Below are positions 1-14,930 of a stretch of DNA of 64,000 nt, one piece after another (the first letter of the stretch is position 1; every line of letters begins with the position of its first letter). The DNA is from Mobula hypostoma (lineage: Eukaryota), in the NCBI RefSeq assembly GCF_963921235.1, contig NC_086107.1, positions 95,544,001-95,608,000 on the forward strand, in the 5' to 3' direction. A program made the translations under genes and the position numbers. Under the pieces are notes generated by a model, which was not told where the DNA came from, made no database searches, and saw only the letters and a list, made by a program, of their open reading frames with translations.

Positions 1-523
1 ACATCTGTTGGACGATGCTGAGGATGTTCTACGAGTCTGTGGTGGCCAGTGCTATCAAGTTTGCTGTTGTGTGCTTGGGCAGCAGGCTGAGGGTAGCAGA
101 TGCCAACAGAATCAAGAAACTCATTCGTAAGGCCGGTGATGTTGTGGGGATGGAACTGGACTCTCTCACGGTGGTGTCTGAAAAGAGGATGCTGTCTAAG
201 TTGCATGCCATCTTGGTCAATGTCTCCCATCCACTACATAATGTACTGGTTGGGCACAGGAGTACATTCAGGCAGAGACTCATTCCACTGAGATGCAGCA
301 CAGAGCATCATAGGAAGTCATTCCTGCCTGTGGCCATCAAACTTTACAACTCCTCCCTTGGAGGGTCAGACACCCTGAGCCGATAGGCTCATAATTTACT
401 GGCATAATTTACATATTACTATTTAACTATTTATGGTTCTATTACTATTTATTATTTATGGTGCAACTGTAATGAAAACCAATTTCCCCCGGGATCAATA
501 AAGTATGACGACTACTACTACTA
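1..523 (+). mobile_element. 3' end of a Rex1/Babar-like LINE
   Basis: ORF 15..386 has the typical RT C-terminus (FYESVVASAI..SHPLH..RKSFLPVAIKLYN); 3' end AATAAA followed by an (ACT)n tail. Confidence 0.8.
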
Positions 524-524
524 G

Positions 525-1090
525 AAGCACTAGCAAATCTGCCTGCTATGATATTGGTCCCCCTTCAGTTCAGGTGCAACCTGTCCTTACTGTACAAGTT
601 ACCTCAGTCCAGTGGTCCCAAAATCTGATTTGTTCTCTCCCCCCACACAGCAATTTTACAGCTGTATCCTTCCATTCTTACCTTCATTAGGACATGGCCC
701 TGGAGATAATTCAGAAATACTACCTTTGTGGTCCTGCTTTTTAACTTCTTCCCTAGCATCAATATTCGTTCTGCAGGAACTCTGCCCTTTCTTTACCTTT
801 GTCATTGTGTCAGCATCATGCACCACTTCTGGCCTTCTCATTGAGGTCTTGAGAATAGTCTGTAGCCACTCTGATATCCTGAACCCTGGCCCAGGGAAGG
901 CACCATACCACTCCAGAGACTCTTGAGGCCACGGGATCTCTTTTCCACCTCCATAACTATTAAGTCCCATATCACTTTAGTCTTGCCTGCGTTCACACTT
1001 CTCTGCTGAGCCTCAGAGCCGATATTGATGCACAGACCTGGCGACTGCTTCATTCTCTTGAATGGGCATTATCCCACTCCCAACCCCCAG
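525..1090 (-). mobile_element. Degenerate CR1 ORF1 (SGNH esterase) fragment
   Basis: Minus-strand translation (FPGPGFRISEWLQTILK..RPEVVH) resembles the LPGARVRDISDRVQDILK..EPEVLVH segment of the intact ORF1 at 56461. Confidence 0.55.
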
Positions 1091-1106
1091 TTTCCAAAAC
1101 AATATA

Positions 1107-2172
1107 CAGTGGATTCTAGTTAATTGGGACATATCAGGGTCTATATATTTTGGCCTAATTAAACAGCTACCCCAATTAGCCAAAGTTTAATGGAATAGAT
1201 TGAGTAACAAATTGTGTATTTAAATGAAATACAGAACAAATTAGAATGCCACCAATAATGCTATAAAGCTGTGTATTTATTTGTGATAGTTTTCAATGGA
1301 GAAATTCATCCATTGTGCGCTACTGTGTTCTTTTGGTTGACTGTAAATGAACAAAACCAGAGCAGACACCTAGGATAATTTCAAACAAAAGAAAATCTGC
1401 GGATGCTGGAAATCTGAGCAATACACACAAAATGCTGGAGAAACTCAGTAGGCCAGGCAGCATCTAGGAAAAGAGTAAAGTTGACGTTTTGGCCAAACTC
1501 CTTCAGCAGGACAAGAGAAAAAAATCTTATCTCCTTGGTGCTGCTCTCCCCCTTTCCCTCTTCCATGGCTTTCTGTCTCTTTTACCAATTTACTTCCCAG
1601 CTCTTTACTTCATCCCCTCCCCCTTCAGGTTTCACCTATCACCTTGTGTTTCTCTCTCCCCTCCCTCCACCTTTTAAATCTACTCCTCAGCTTTTTTTCT
1701 CCAGTCCTGCTAAGGGTTTCGAACTAAAATGTCGACTGTACTGTCTTCCTAGGTGCTTCCTGGCCTTCTGAGTTTCTCCAACATTTTGTGTGTGTTACCT
1801 AAGGTAATATTTTTGCTTAGTGTCAAATCTTTAATGGCATCTTGGCAAGGATCTAAAGTTTTTTAAAGTCAAAATAAAAAACAAAATTGTCAAAAAAACA
1901 CTGCTTTTTGAATTGGCATCTGTCGAGCCAAATGGATAACAACACAAGCACATGCAACTGACACTATTTAAAAAATGGTCGTTCTAAGCACGTTATAATT
2001 TCCAAAGGCCACATAAGTGCACACAACTGTTCCGCAATAGTCTCCTGCTCCAATTAAGTGACTTAATGTCCCAAATAAACAAAGGGAATCCCACCAATTT
2101 TATGGGCTCGATTTTTGTTCTTCAAGAGCTGTCCCAAATAAGTGACTGCCCCAATTAACCGGAATCCTCTTG
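1107..2172. mobile_element. Tigger/pogo-like (Tc1-mariner) non-autonomous DNA transposon, interrupted by a mini-Penelope
   Basis: Imperfect TIRs CAGTGGATTCTAGTTAATTGGG and CCCAATTAACCGGAATCCTCTTG; TA on both sides. Confidence 0.7.
1383..1797. mobile_element. Penelope-derived fold-back mini-element (inverted terminal repeat copies)
   Basis: Left part is the reverse complement of the Penelope 3' terminus and right part is the sense 3' UTR; decayed hammerhead motifs; degenerate TSD acctaggataat / acctaaggtaat. Confidence 0.7.
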
Positions 2173-5092
2173 TACTTGATAATTCCTTTTTGAGCTGCAC
2201 ATTAAGAATCACTACTCTCTGGCACCATCTTCATGAGATGTTGAGTCTATTTTTGGATTGTATCCACTACTCTGCATTCAGATTGCTCTATCAAATCATG
2301 ATGCAACCAATCAGGATGCTTTCAACAGTATGTCTGTGAAAGAAAGTAAAGACTCTGGAGTGCTTTCCTTGTGATTGCATCTATGTGTTGTGCCCATGTG
2401 TCCTATCTTGCTGCTGTACGCTGACTCATCATCTGTGATTCATCTAACAACAGTGGTGGTGTTTGGGAAATTTGTATATGGCATTGCTTAGCCACAAAGT
2501 TACATGTGTATGGAGAGTAAGGCAGTGGTCGAAGCACACAGCTTTAAAGTACACTTACAAGTATGTTGATGGTCAGTGTGGAGGAGATGTTGTTACCAGT
2601 CTGCATTGATTAAGGTCTCTTAAAATAGAGGTCAAGGATTCAATTGCAGAAGGGGGCTATCTATGAGAGAATAGTTTTGAATGGCGAGACCCAGATCTTG
2701 AAGATTATTGGATGGAGATTTTGTTTTGAACATTAAGTTGTAGTCAGTTAAATCAATCACTGAACACATACCTGGTGTGTGTTACATTGTACAGATGGTG
2801 CAGAGCAGAGAAATTGTATCTGCTATTGACCTGTTGGGGTAGTAGGCAAACTGAAGTGGATTCAAGTCATTTCTGAGGCAGGAGTTGATTAGTACCAAAA
2901 CATAACCTCTTGAAGCTGCCAGTGCTAGCAGTGATAGTCATTAAGGCAAGTCACCATGCTCATCTTGGGCACTGGTGCAATAGATAACTCTGAAGCAGAT
3001 GAGAATGTTAGACTGCAGAAGCAAGAGGTTGAATGGATCCATGAATACTCAGGCTATTTAGTCCACACTGATCTTTAGTACATGTCTCAATGTCCTATCA
3101 GGACTAGGCATCTTTCATGAGTTCACTCAGAGCGTTGGTCTCAGAGACTTGAGAGGAGAGGGCTCAGTGGATGTGTCATATTTCTCTTGAACAGAGTGTG
3201 TGTAGAAGACATTGAGCTCATCTGTAAGTGTGGGATTATTGCCCTTATTTTAAAGCGGACGTAAGGAGTAAATATTTTTTATATAGCTTGGTTGATATCT
3301 GGAATATGCTATCAGAGAAGGTGGGGGAATCATTGAACATACTGTTCCTCCACATTGCTAAGAATCTTGTCCTTAACCTTGTATACAAACTTAAAGTTCG
3401 AGCTTCCACTTCACACTTTTCCAGGTTGAACTCCATCTGCCACTTCTCAGCTCAGATCTGCATTCTGTTAATTTTGTGTTGTAACCTATGACAGTCTCCT
3501 ATCCGCACCACCCTTTGAGACATCTGAGACCTTCTTTATAAAAATCATTTATTTAAAAAAAACACAGAGCAGGGCTCCCAGAACAGATCCTGATGCAACC
3601 AATTGGTCGTGAACCTTCAGGCTGAATACACTCTACTACCACCCTCTTCCTTCTATGAGCAAGCCATTCCTGAATCAACACAGCCAAGTTTCTGGGGATC
3701 CCATGCTTCCTGACCTTTTGAATGAGACTACCATGGGGAACTTTGTCAAATGTATTACTATATACACTACCTCCAGTGTTCTACCTTCATCAGTATATTT
3801 TGTTGCTTTCTCGAAAAAGTCAATTAGACTCGTGATCTACCCCTTACACTGCCATGTTGACTATCCTAATCAGACTATGCTTCTCAAATGCTTGTAAATC
3901 GTGTCTCTAAGAAACCTCTCTAGTTGTTTTCTCACAACTGAGGTAAGAATCGCTGGTCTATAATTCCTAGGATTATCCCTGTTATCTTTCTTGATCAAAG
4001 GAATAACTCTTGCCATTCTCCAGACCTCTAGTACTACTACTTTCACCAGCGCTGATGCAAAGATCATCATCAATGATCCAGCAGTCTCTTCCCTTGCTTC
4101 CCATGTAAACCTGGGGTACAGCCCATCTGGCCCTGGGACTTATCTATCCTAATGTTTTTCAAAAGTTCCAACTTATCCCCTTTAACCTCAGCTTGTACCA
4201 ACTCATTTTCCTGTTCTATACTGACCTTACATTTTCAAGGTCCATTCAATGGTGACTGCTGAAGCAAAGTATGCATTAAAGACCTTTCCTACGTCCTGCA
4301 ACTGCAGGCACATTTCCTCTTTCATGCCTGATTGTTTGTACTGTCACTAGTCATTTTCCTATCCTTCAAATGCGTGTAGAATGCCCTGGAGTTTTTCTTA
4401 ATATTACTTTCCAAGGCCTTCTCATGTCCCCTTCTAGCTCTCTTAAGGAAGTGCAGGTGGTCCTGTGGGAATCTGGAGTCAGGTGAGTTTTCAATGTTCT
4501 TTTGGAAATCAGGATTGCTAAAAATTGTCTAGTTGAAAAAGTGGATCTGTTGGAGGACAAAAAATTAGGTACTGGCATATCTGGGAAAGGGAGGTCCAGA
4601 GCCCTGGGAGGAAAAGGTTGAGAGTCTGAAGGTGTTGATATATAGTGGAGATCTAAAGCATTGAGGGAAAACTATAGGAAGAAGTGGTGGCCGCAAGATC
4701 CTTGCTGGGTTAAACTGGAAGCCTGGAAAGCATGTGGATGAAATGGCAGCAAAGGCAAAAACAGAGACAAGGATAGTTGGCTGTAGTAGTCCTGGGAAAG
4801 AACTTGGTCAAAGGCCTAGAGAGAAAAAGAAAGCCCAGAGCATCATGATGTAATTCACCTTCCTCTAAAGGTGAATGTGCATTAAGTTTATATTGACAAA
4901 TTTCTCTCTTCTGAATGGAATTAAAGAAGAAGATGTAGCAAGTAATTCTGAGTACTTGCAAACTAAATCCTATCAAGAGATTTTTGTTCACTAATTATTA
5001 ACTCATTTGTATGTTATTTGTTTGGATTTTCACTATTCAAATCTAATGAAAATTGTGAGTTCAGTTTGAAAAAAAGCTTTTCCATACCACAG

Positions 5093-5189
5093 ACCCTATG
5101 GCACCCAAGGTATAGAATTGCAAAGTTCCATTGCTCCTGTAAGAACACCAGCATATTCTCTACAGCTGGAGATAGAAGAGATTCAACAG
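5093..5189 (+). CDS. Internal coding exon A of an unidentified host gene (PYGTQGIELQSSIAPVRTPAYSLQLEIEEIQQ)
   Basis: ttttccataccacAG acceptor and CAG|GTAGGA donor; 97 nt, open, phase 2 to 0; lies in a non-repetitive island and its end phase matches exon B. Confidence 0.6.
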
Positions 5190-7295
5190 GTAGGAATGAT
5201 CAATCAAACATAATTAAAGAAATTCACCAGAAATGTATGTTGGTAAATCCCAGAACTAAAATACTGTACACAACCTATTCAAATTTAAGGTGAAAGTATA
5301 CAGTTAACGGTAGGACCCTTAACAGCATTATTGTACAGAGGGATCTTGGAGCCCAGGTCCATGGCTCCTAATAGTAGCCATCCTAGTGGATAGCATGGTA
5401 AAGAAGATCTATGACATAATTTGCTGCATTCATTAGGACACTGAGTATTAGTGTAAGTCAAGTTGCAGCTACATTAAATTTTGATTAGGCCATATTTGGA
5501 GCATTATTTGTAATTTTGTTGCTCCATTACAGGAAGAATCTGAAGGCTTTGGAAAGGATATTTAAAAGGTTTACCAGGTTGTTTTCTAGATTAGAAGGTA
5601 GGAGCTGTAAGGAGAGGTTGAACATATGTGAGTTGTTTTCTCTGGAGGGTTGCAGACTGAGGGCAGACCCAATAAAATTTATAAGATGATAAAAATCAAA
5701 GGTAGGATATACAGGATCTTTCCTTTCCAGGGAAGAAATGTTATATACATGCACTTAAAGGTAGTTGACTAGAGTGAGGATAGGACTGGTCAAAGATAAG
5801 AGGAAATGTGCCTGGAGTTAGAGGAAGTAGGGGAGATCCTTAATAAATACTTTGCTTCAGTATTCACCAGTGAAAGGGACCTTAATGTTTGTGAGGACAT
5901 TATAAAATAGGCTGATATGCTAGAGCATGTTGACGTTAGGAAAGAGGATATGCAAAAACACTTAGAAAACATTAGGATAGACAAACCCCAGGATTGGACA
6001 GGGTATATCCCAGGTTACCAAGGGAAGCGAGAGGGAAGAGATTGCTATGCACTAGCAATTATCTTTGTGCCCTCCTTGGCCACAGAGTAGTACCAGATGA
6101 TTGGAGGTAGCAACTATTATTTCTTTATTTAAGAAAGAGAGTAGGGATAGCCCTGGGAATTATAGACTAGTGGATCTAGTTGTAGGTAAATTATTGGAGA
6201 AGATTTTTAGAGACAGGATTTATAAGCATTTGGAGTAGAGTAGTCTGATTAAGGGTAGTCAACTTGGCTTTTTGAGGTGTCGGTCATGCCTTACGAGTCT
6301 GATTGAATTATTTGGTGATGTGAAAAAGTGAATTTATGAAGATAAATTGAAGATTGAGTTCAAGACCCATGAGGTAATATTGCAGCTCTATAAAATCCTG
6401 GTTAGACCACACTTGCAATATTGTGCTTAGTACTGGTATCTTCATTATAGCTGATGATCTCTATTATGTAAAAGGATGGCAGTAAAGTTGGCATAATCAG
6501 TAAATTTGAGATTACACTAAAATGGGTCATATAGTGGACTCTGGGATAGGTTACCAAAGATGCCAACAGGATTTAGGTTGACAGAAATAGCAGTGCCTAG
6601 AGGCGAAGTTCCTGGGAAATTGAACAGTGAGGCGTGATTGTCCAAAGCTAGGGGACAAGGGATTAGGGTGAGAGGGGAAATATTTAAAAGAGACCTGAGG
6701 TGGTGAAGATGGTGAGTATATGGAATAAACTGCTAAAGGAAGTGGTTGGCACAGGTACAATTGTATAACTTGGATAGGTACATGGAAGGAAGGGACTTTA
6801 AGGATATGGGCTGAAGGGCCTGTATCTGTGCTGAATTGTTCTATAACTCTATTCTAGAGAACGATTGCTAAGAAGACTACTGGAGAGGTCTCTTATTGTT
6901 GGCGATTTTTGCTACAAGTGAACAGATCTAGCCTTCCTAATTTTGTATTACAGTGGCTTACAATTTTCAGATCTGCATTTTGTAACTTAACATTGAACTG
7001 TACAGTACAGGAACTAGTTCTTCGGCCCATAATATTGTGAAACTTGCTTCCTGTTCTGCATTACTATAATCTTCAGTTGTAGCGATGTGCTACACACAGA
7101 GCTAGAAATAACGACACGCAGTCTGTAAGTTGCATTCGAGACTCGTTTATTCAAACCTCGCGGCACTGGCTTTTAAGCAGTTCCCTTCCAGCCCTCTCCG
7201 GGTGGAATGACGTCAGAGGTGCATTACAAAAGTCTCTCCCCACGCATGAGCTGTTTTGTGAGCCGGTTCGCTTGTGTAGAAAGTGGGTCACCTCA

Positions 7296-7320
7296 TAACA
7301 CCCCCCCCCCCCGCCCCCCG
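7296..7320 (-). promoter_or_regulatory. Gypsy polypurine tract
   Basis: G-rich run on the minus strand just upstream of the 3' LTR. Confidence 0.8.
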
Positions 7321-10300
7321 AACCGGCGATACACCCCAAATGTCCACAGTCTGGATCAGTCTTTGTTTGGGCGGTTTGCCTCTGTGCTGCGGTGCCTGAA
7401 CCTCGACTGGCTGCGCCAAGTCCACATGGGCTGGTTTGTGTTGGTCCACCGTGAAAACCACCTCTTTCACCCCAATGTCCAGAACGTAAGTGGACCCGTT
7501 GTTACTGATCACCTTGAATGGCCCCTCGTACTGCCGCTGTAGCGGTGCTTGGTGTGCGCCCCTTCGTACGAATACAAACTTACAGTTCTGCAGGTCTTTG
7601 GGTACGCAGGTCGGGATCTGTCCGTGCTGTGAAGTCGGTATGGGGGCCAGGTTGCTGAGCCTTTCGCGTAGTCTGTCCAGGACTGCTGCGGGTTCTTCCT
7701 CTTGCCCCCTTGAGGCTGGTATGAACTCTCCTGGGAAGACCAGGGGTGTGCCGTACACCAGCTCAGCCGACGAGGTGTGCAGATCCTCTTTGGGTGCTGT
7801 GCGGATTCCAAGCAGTACCCTGGGAAGCTCGTCCACCTAGTCAGGCCCTTTCAGGTGGGCCATGAGAGCCGACTTTAAGTGACGGTAGAAGCATTCCACT
7901 GGTCCGTTCCACTGTGGGTGGTAGGCAGTTGTGTGGTGTAATTGTGTTCCCAACAGGCTGGCCACAGCCGACCACAGGCTGGAGGTGAACTGGGCGCCTC
8001 TGTCGGAGGTAATGTGGGCTGGTATCCCGAAGCGTGCTACCCAGTTTGCAATCAGTGCTCGAGCGCAGGAATCGGCGGTGGTGTCGGTGAGTGGGACCGC
8101 CTTTGGCCATCTCGTGAACCGGTCCATCATAGTTAGGAGGAACCGCGCTCCTGGCGACACTGGCAGGGGCCCCACGATATCCACATGAATGTCGTCGAAC
8201 CTCCGGCAGTTGGGTTCAAACCGTTGCGGTGGGGCTTTGGTGTGCTGCTGCACCTTGGCTGTTTGGCACTGAGTGCACGTTTTGGCCCATTCACTGACCT
8301 GTTTGTGAAGTCCGTGCCACACGAACTTGCTGGAGACCATCCGGACGGTTGTCCTGATAGATGGGTGCGCCAAGCCGTGTATGGAGTCGAAAACTCACCG
8401 CCGCCAGGCTGCCGGGACGATGGGGCGAGGTTGGCCGGTAGCCACGTCACACAGGAGGGTCTTCTCACCTGGGCCTATGAGGAAGTCTTGCAGCTGCAAA
8501 CCCGAGACTGCGGTCCTGTAGCTGGGCATCTTGTCATCTGCCTGCTGCGCCTCTGCCAGTGCTGCATAGTTCACCCCCTGGGACAGGGCCTGGATAGCTG
8601 GTCTGGAGAGTGTGTCCGCCACGACGTTGTCCTTTCCCGAGACATGCTGGATGTCCGTCGTGTGCTCAGAGATGTAGGACAGATGTCGCTGCTGGCGGGC
8701 CAACCAGGGATCGGACACCTTCGTGAATGCGAAGGTCAACGGTTTGTGGTCCGTGAACGCAGTGAACGGCCTGCACCTAAGAAGTACCTGAAATGCCGGA
8801 TTGCCAGATATAGTGCCAACAGCTCCCGGTCGAAGGCACTGTACTTGAGTTCGGGTGGCCGTAGGTGCCTGCTGAAGAATGCCAGGGGTTGCCAGTGCCC
8901 CTCGATGAGTTGCTCCAACATTCCACCGACTGCTGTGTTGGATGCGTCCACTGTGAGGGCGGTTGGAACGTCCGTTCTGGGGTGCACCAGCATCGCAGCA
9001 TCTGCCAAGGCTTCCTTGGCTTTAATGAAAGTGGCCGCGGCCTCTTCGTCCCAAGTAATGTCCCTTGCCTTTATCTGACATCAGGGTGAACAAAGGGCGC
9101 ATGATACGGGCTGCTGAGGGGAGGAAGCGATAGTAGAAGTTCATCATACCAAAGAACTCCTGCAGACCTTTGACTGTGTTGGGCCGGGCGAAGTGGCGGA
9201 TTGCGTCTACCTTGGCGGGCAGAGGTTTTGCCCTGTCTTTGGTAATCCTGTGGCCCAGGAAGTCGATGGTGTCGAGTCCAAACTGATATTTGGCCGGGTT
9301 GATCGTGAGGCCAGAATCACTCAGGCGGGAGTAGAGCTGGCGGAGGTGGGCCAGATGCTCCTGACGATTACTGCTGGCTATGAGGATGTTGTCCAAATAG
9401 ATGAACGCGAAGTCCAGGTCGCGTCCCACCGCATCCATTAGTCGTTGGAACGTCTGTGTGGCATTTTTCAGGCTGAACGGCATTCGGAGGAGTTCGAACA
9501 GGCAGAACGGGGTGATGAGTGCTGTTTTGGGAATGTATTCAGGGTGTACCAGAATTTGATGGTAACCCTGGACGAGGTCTACATTGGAAAAGATGCTTGC
9601 CCCATGCAGGTTTGCTGCAAAGTCCTGTATGTGCAGCACGGGGTAGCGGTCTGGAGTTATAACCTCGTTCATGGTCTCCAGCCCCCAGCTGCTTTGGGCA
9701 CCATGTGCAAGGGGGAAGGCCCATGGTCTGTCGGACCGCCGTACGATCCCCAATTCCTCCATCCTCTTGAACTCCTTCGCCAGGCGGAGCTTGTCCGGGG
9801 GGAGCCTTCGTGCGCGGGCATGGAGGGGTGGTCCCTGGGTCGGAATGTGGTGCCATACTCCATGTCTGGGCATGGCTGCCATGAACTGCGGTGCCAGACC
9901 GATGGAAAGTCCACCAGGATTCTGGTGAATTCGTTGTCAGACAGCGTGATGGAGTCCAGGTGTGGGGCTGGCAACTTGGCTTCACCCAGGGAGAACATCT
10001 GGAAAGTCTTGGCATGGACCAGTCTTTTCCCTTGCAAGTCGACCAGCAGGCTGTGGGCTCGCAAGAAATCCGCCCCCAGAAGTGGTTGGGCCACGGCGGC
10101 CGGTGTGACGTCCCATGTGAACTGGCTGGCGCCGAACTGTAGCTGCACTGTGCGGGTGCCGTAGGTCCGAATTATGCTGCCGTTTGCGGCCCTCGGTGGG
10201 TCCCGTCGCCCTGTTGCGGGTGTCATACCCCGTTGGGGGTAAAACACTGATCTCCGCTCCAGTGTCGACCAAGAAGCGGTGTCCCAACTGTTTGTCCCAG

Positions 10301-11065
10301 ACGTACAGGGGGCTGTCCTGGTGGCCAGCTGCCGTAGCCATTAACGGCGGCTGGCCCTGGCGTTTCCCGGGAACTTGCAGGGCGGGCGACAACGGCAGGC
10401 TTTTGTGCCCCACCGCTGGTGGTAGAAACACCACTGTTCATTAGCCTCCTCACTCCTGCCTCCGGGTTGTGTGTGCTCCGTTGCTGGGCCTGGTCTGGCC
10501 TGCTGTTGGGCGCGTGGCTTGGTAATCTGTCCGACGGATGCCCCACTCTCCCTCTTGGCTTTTCACAGCATGTCTGCCCGGGCCGCCACCTGCTGGGGGG
10601 TCACTGAAATCTGCATCGGCCAGCAGCAGATGTATGTCCTCGGGCAGTTGTTCTAGGAACGCCTGCTCAAACATGAGGCAGGACTTGTGTCCTTCAGCCA
10701 GGGCCAGCATCTCGTTCATCAATGCTGACGGCATCCTGTCTCCCAAACCATCCAGGTGCAGCAAGCGGGCACCTTGCTCACGCCATGAGAGGCCGAAGGT
10801 CTCTAAGAGCAGCGCTTTGACTGCTGCCTTCTTCGGGGGGTGACTGTATGAAATTCCCAACTCGTGCGGCTGTCTCCTGGTCAAGGGAGCTCACCACGTA
10901 ATAGTAACGTGTGGAATCCGAAGATATCTGCTGAATTTGGAACTGGGCTTCTGCTTGGTCAAACCACACGCGTGGTTGCAGCGTCCAGAAAGTTGGCAGT
11001 TTTAGTGAAACTGCGTGAACAGATGAAGAAGAGTCGGTCATCTTTGGTCCAAATCCCGTTTGGAC

Positions 11066-11079
11066 CGTCAGGGTCACCA
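11066..11079 (-). promoter_or_regulatory. Gypsy primer-binding site, probably tRNA-Trp
   Basis: Minus strand TGGTGACCCTGACG, 1 nt after the 5' LTR; matches the complement of the vertebrate tRNA-Trp 3' end (TGGTGACCCCGACG, from memory) at 13/14. Confidence 0.75.
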
Positions 11080-11455
11080 ATGTAGCGATGTGCTACACAC
11101 AGAGCTAGAAATAACGAGGCGCAGTCTGTAAGTCGCACTTGAGACTCGTTTATTCAAACTTCGCGGCACTGGCTTTTAAGCAGCTCCCTTCCAGCCCTCT
11201 CTGGGCGGAAATGACGTCAGAGGCACGTTACAAAAGTCTCTCCCCGCGCGCGGGCTATTTTGTGAGCTGGTTCGCATGTGTAGAAAGTGGGTCGCCACAC
11301 AGTGTTATATATGAATTGGATCGCTTATTTTCTGTTTTCTATTTTGTACAATATAAGAAAAGCAATGCTTCGTAGATGATTGGAGGTTTTGCTTAAGTAT
11401 TGGTTGATCATTATCTTTCATCTGGGCCACAGCCATTAATTTTTTTCTTTCTTAG

Positions 11456-11602
11456 CAGAAATCAGATGTTGCTTCAGATAATTTACCTACACCCTTGTGT
11501 GGCACATTACCACTTCATGGCTCTGCAAGATTAATCAAAGACATGTATCAAAAATGTTCTCAACGAAACTTGGTAGATTTTCAGGGAATCACTGAAGAAC
11601 TG
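11456..11602 (+). CDS. Host gene coding exon B ((Q)KSDVASDNLPTPLCGTLPLHGSARLIKDMYQKCSQRNLVDFQGITEEL)
   Basis: Strong polypyrimidine tract ttttttctttct then TAG/CAG tandem acceptor (start 11456 or 11459); CTG|GTAAGA donor; phase 0 to 0, no stops. Confidence 0.8.
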
Positions 11603-12749
11603 GTAAGAATTATATTGATACTTCGTTTCACTATATAATGACCTCTAGATACCTTGTGTTGTAACAGCTTTGCTGTACAGAGGGATCTTGGGATCCAAGT
11701 TCATAGCTCCCAGAAGGTGGTCATGCAAGTAGATAGGATTATAAAGAAGGCATTTTGCATGCTTACCACCATTGGTAGGTGTGTTATGTTATAAGGGCAA
11801 GTCATAAACTTAGGTTAGGCTGCACTATTATGTGCAATTCTGATTGCCTATTATAGGAACTATGTAGAAACTTTGAAAAGGATTCAGAACTGGTGCACCA
11901 GGATGCTGCCTGGTTTAGAGGTATAAAGCTTTAAAAATAGATTGACCAAACTTGGGTTGTTTTCTCTAGAGTATCGAAAGCTGAGGGGAGATCTTATAGA
12001 AGTTTTATAAAATTAAGGAAGTACATAGATAGGATAAAACAATAGTTTTTTCTCAGAGGGTAGAGGGTCAAGTACTAGAGGACGTGTATAAAACTAATGC
12101 GGGTTCGATTTCAGCAAGAGAAATTTGGATAGGTACATTGATTACGGTGGTCTAGAGGGCTATGGTCTGGATGGCGGTTGACGGACCTAGGCAGATTAAT
12201 AGTTCGGCAATGATTAGATGGGCTGAAGGGCCTGTTCCTGTGCTGTAGTGTTCTATGTTCTATGTTTGTAAAACAAGAGAGCATTAAATTTAAAGGAGAT
12301 ATATGTAGGGCAAAGATTTTACACAGAGAGTGGAGGATGCCAGAGTGGGCTGCCTTGTATAGTGATGGAAGCAGGTACAATAGCCATGTTTAAGAGGCTG
12401 GTAGATACATGAATGTGCGGAGATGTGGGTCAGGTACAGGCAGTTTAATTTGGCGCCATGTCCAGTGCAGTTGTGGACTGAAGGTCTGTTCCTGTGCTCT
12501 GCTGGTCTATGTTCTGTCGTTGCTGTAAAAGCTTTTCACTGTGATCGTATGGAATTTCAGATGAGACAATGGTGCCTGCATGAACTACTAGAGAGGTACT
12601 AGCATATGTGTATCAGGGTAGGTGAGTGAGTCATCAACTTGTCATCAAGCTCTTTAGAAAAAAAGCAGGAAATTTACTGTTACATTGCTTTTTAAATTAT
12701 AATGTGTCTTCTGGAACCTAGCAGGTTTGCAGTTTAAGATGCTAAACAG

Positions 12750-14930
<2,181 letters not shown>

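Larger units (their letters stand above)
7078..11299 (-). mobile_element. Full-length Ty3/Gypsy LTR retrotransposon, decayed by frameshifts
   Basis: LTRs 7078-7295 and 11081-11299 (TG..CA); 4-bp TSD CAGT (7074-7077, 11300-11303); gag, protease (FLVDTGAEISVLP), RT (FIYLDN), RNase H, integrase (HVDIVGPLP, ITSDRGAQF, YEGPF) in Gypsy order. Confidence 0.95.

Noticed and set aside
8185..10164. Long plus-strand ORFs (297 and 239 aa) opposite Gypsy pol
   Set aside because: Antisense shadows of a GC-rich coding strand with no recognisable motifs
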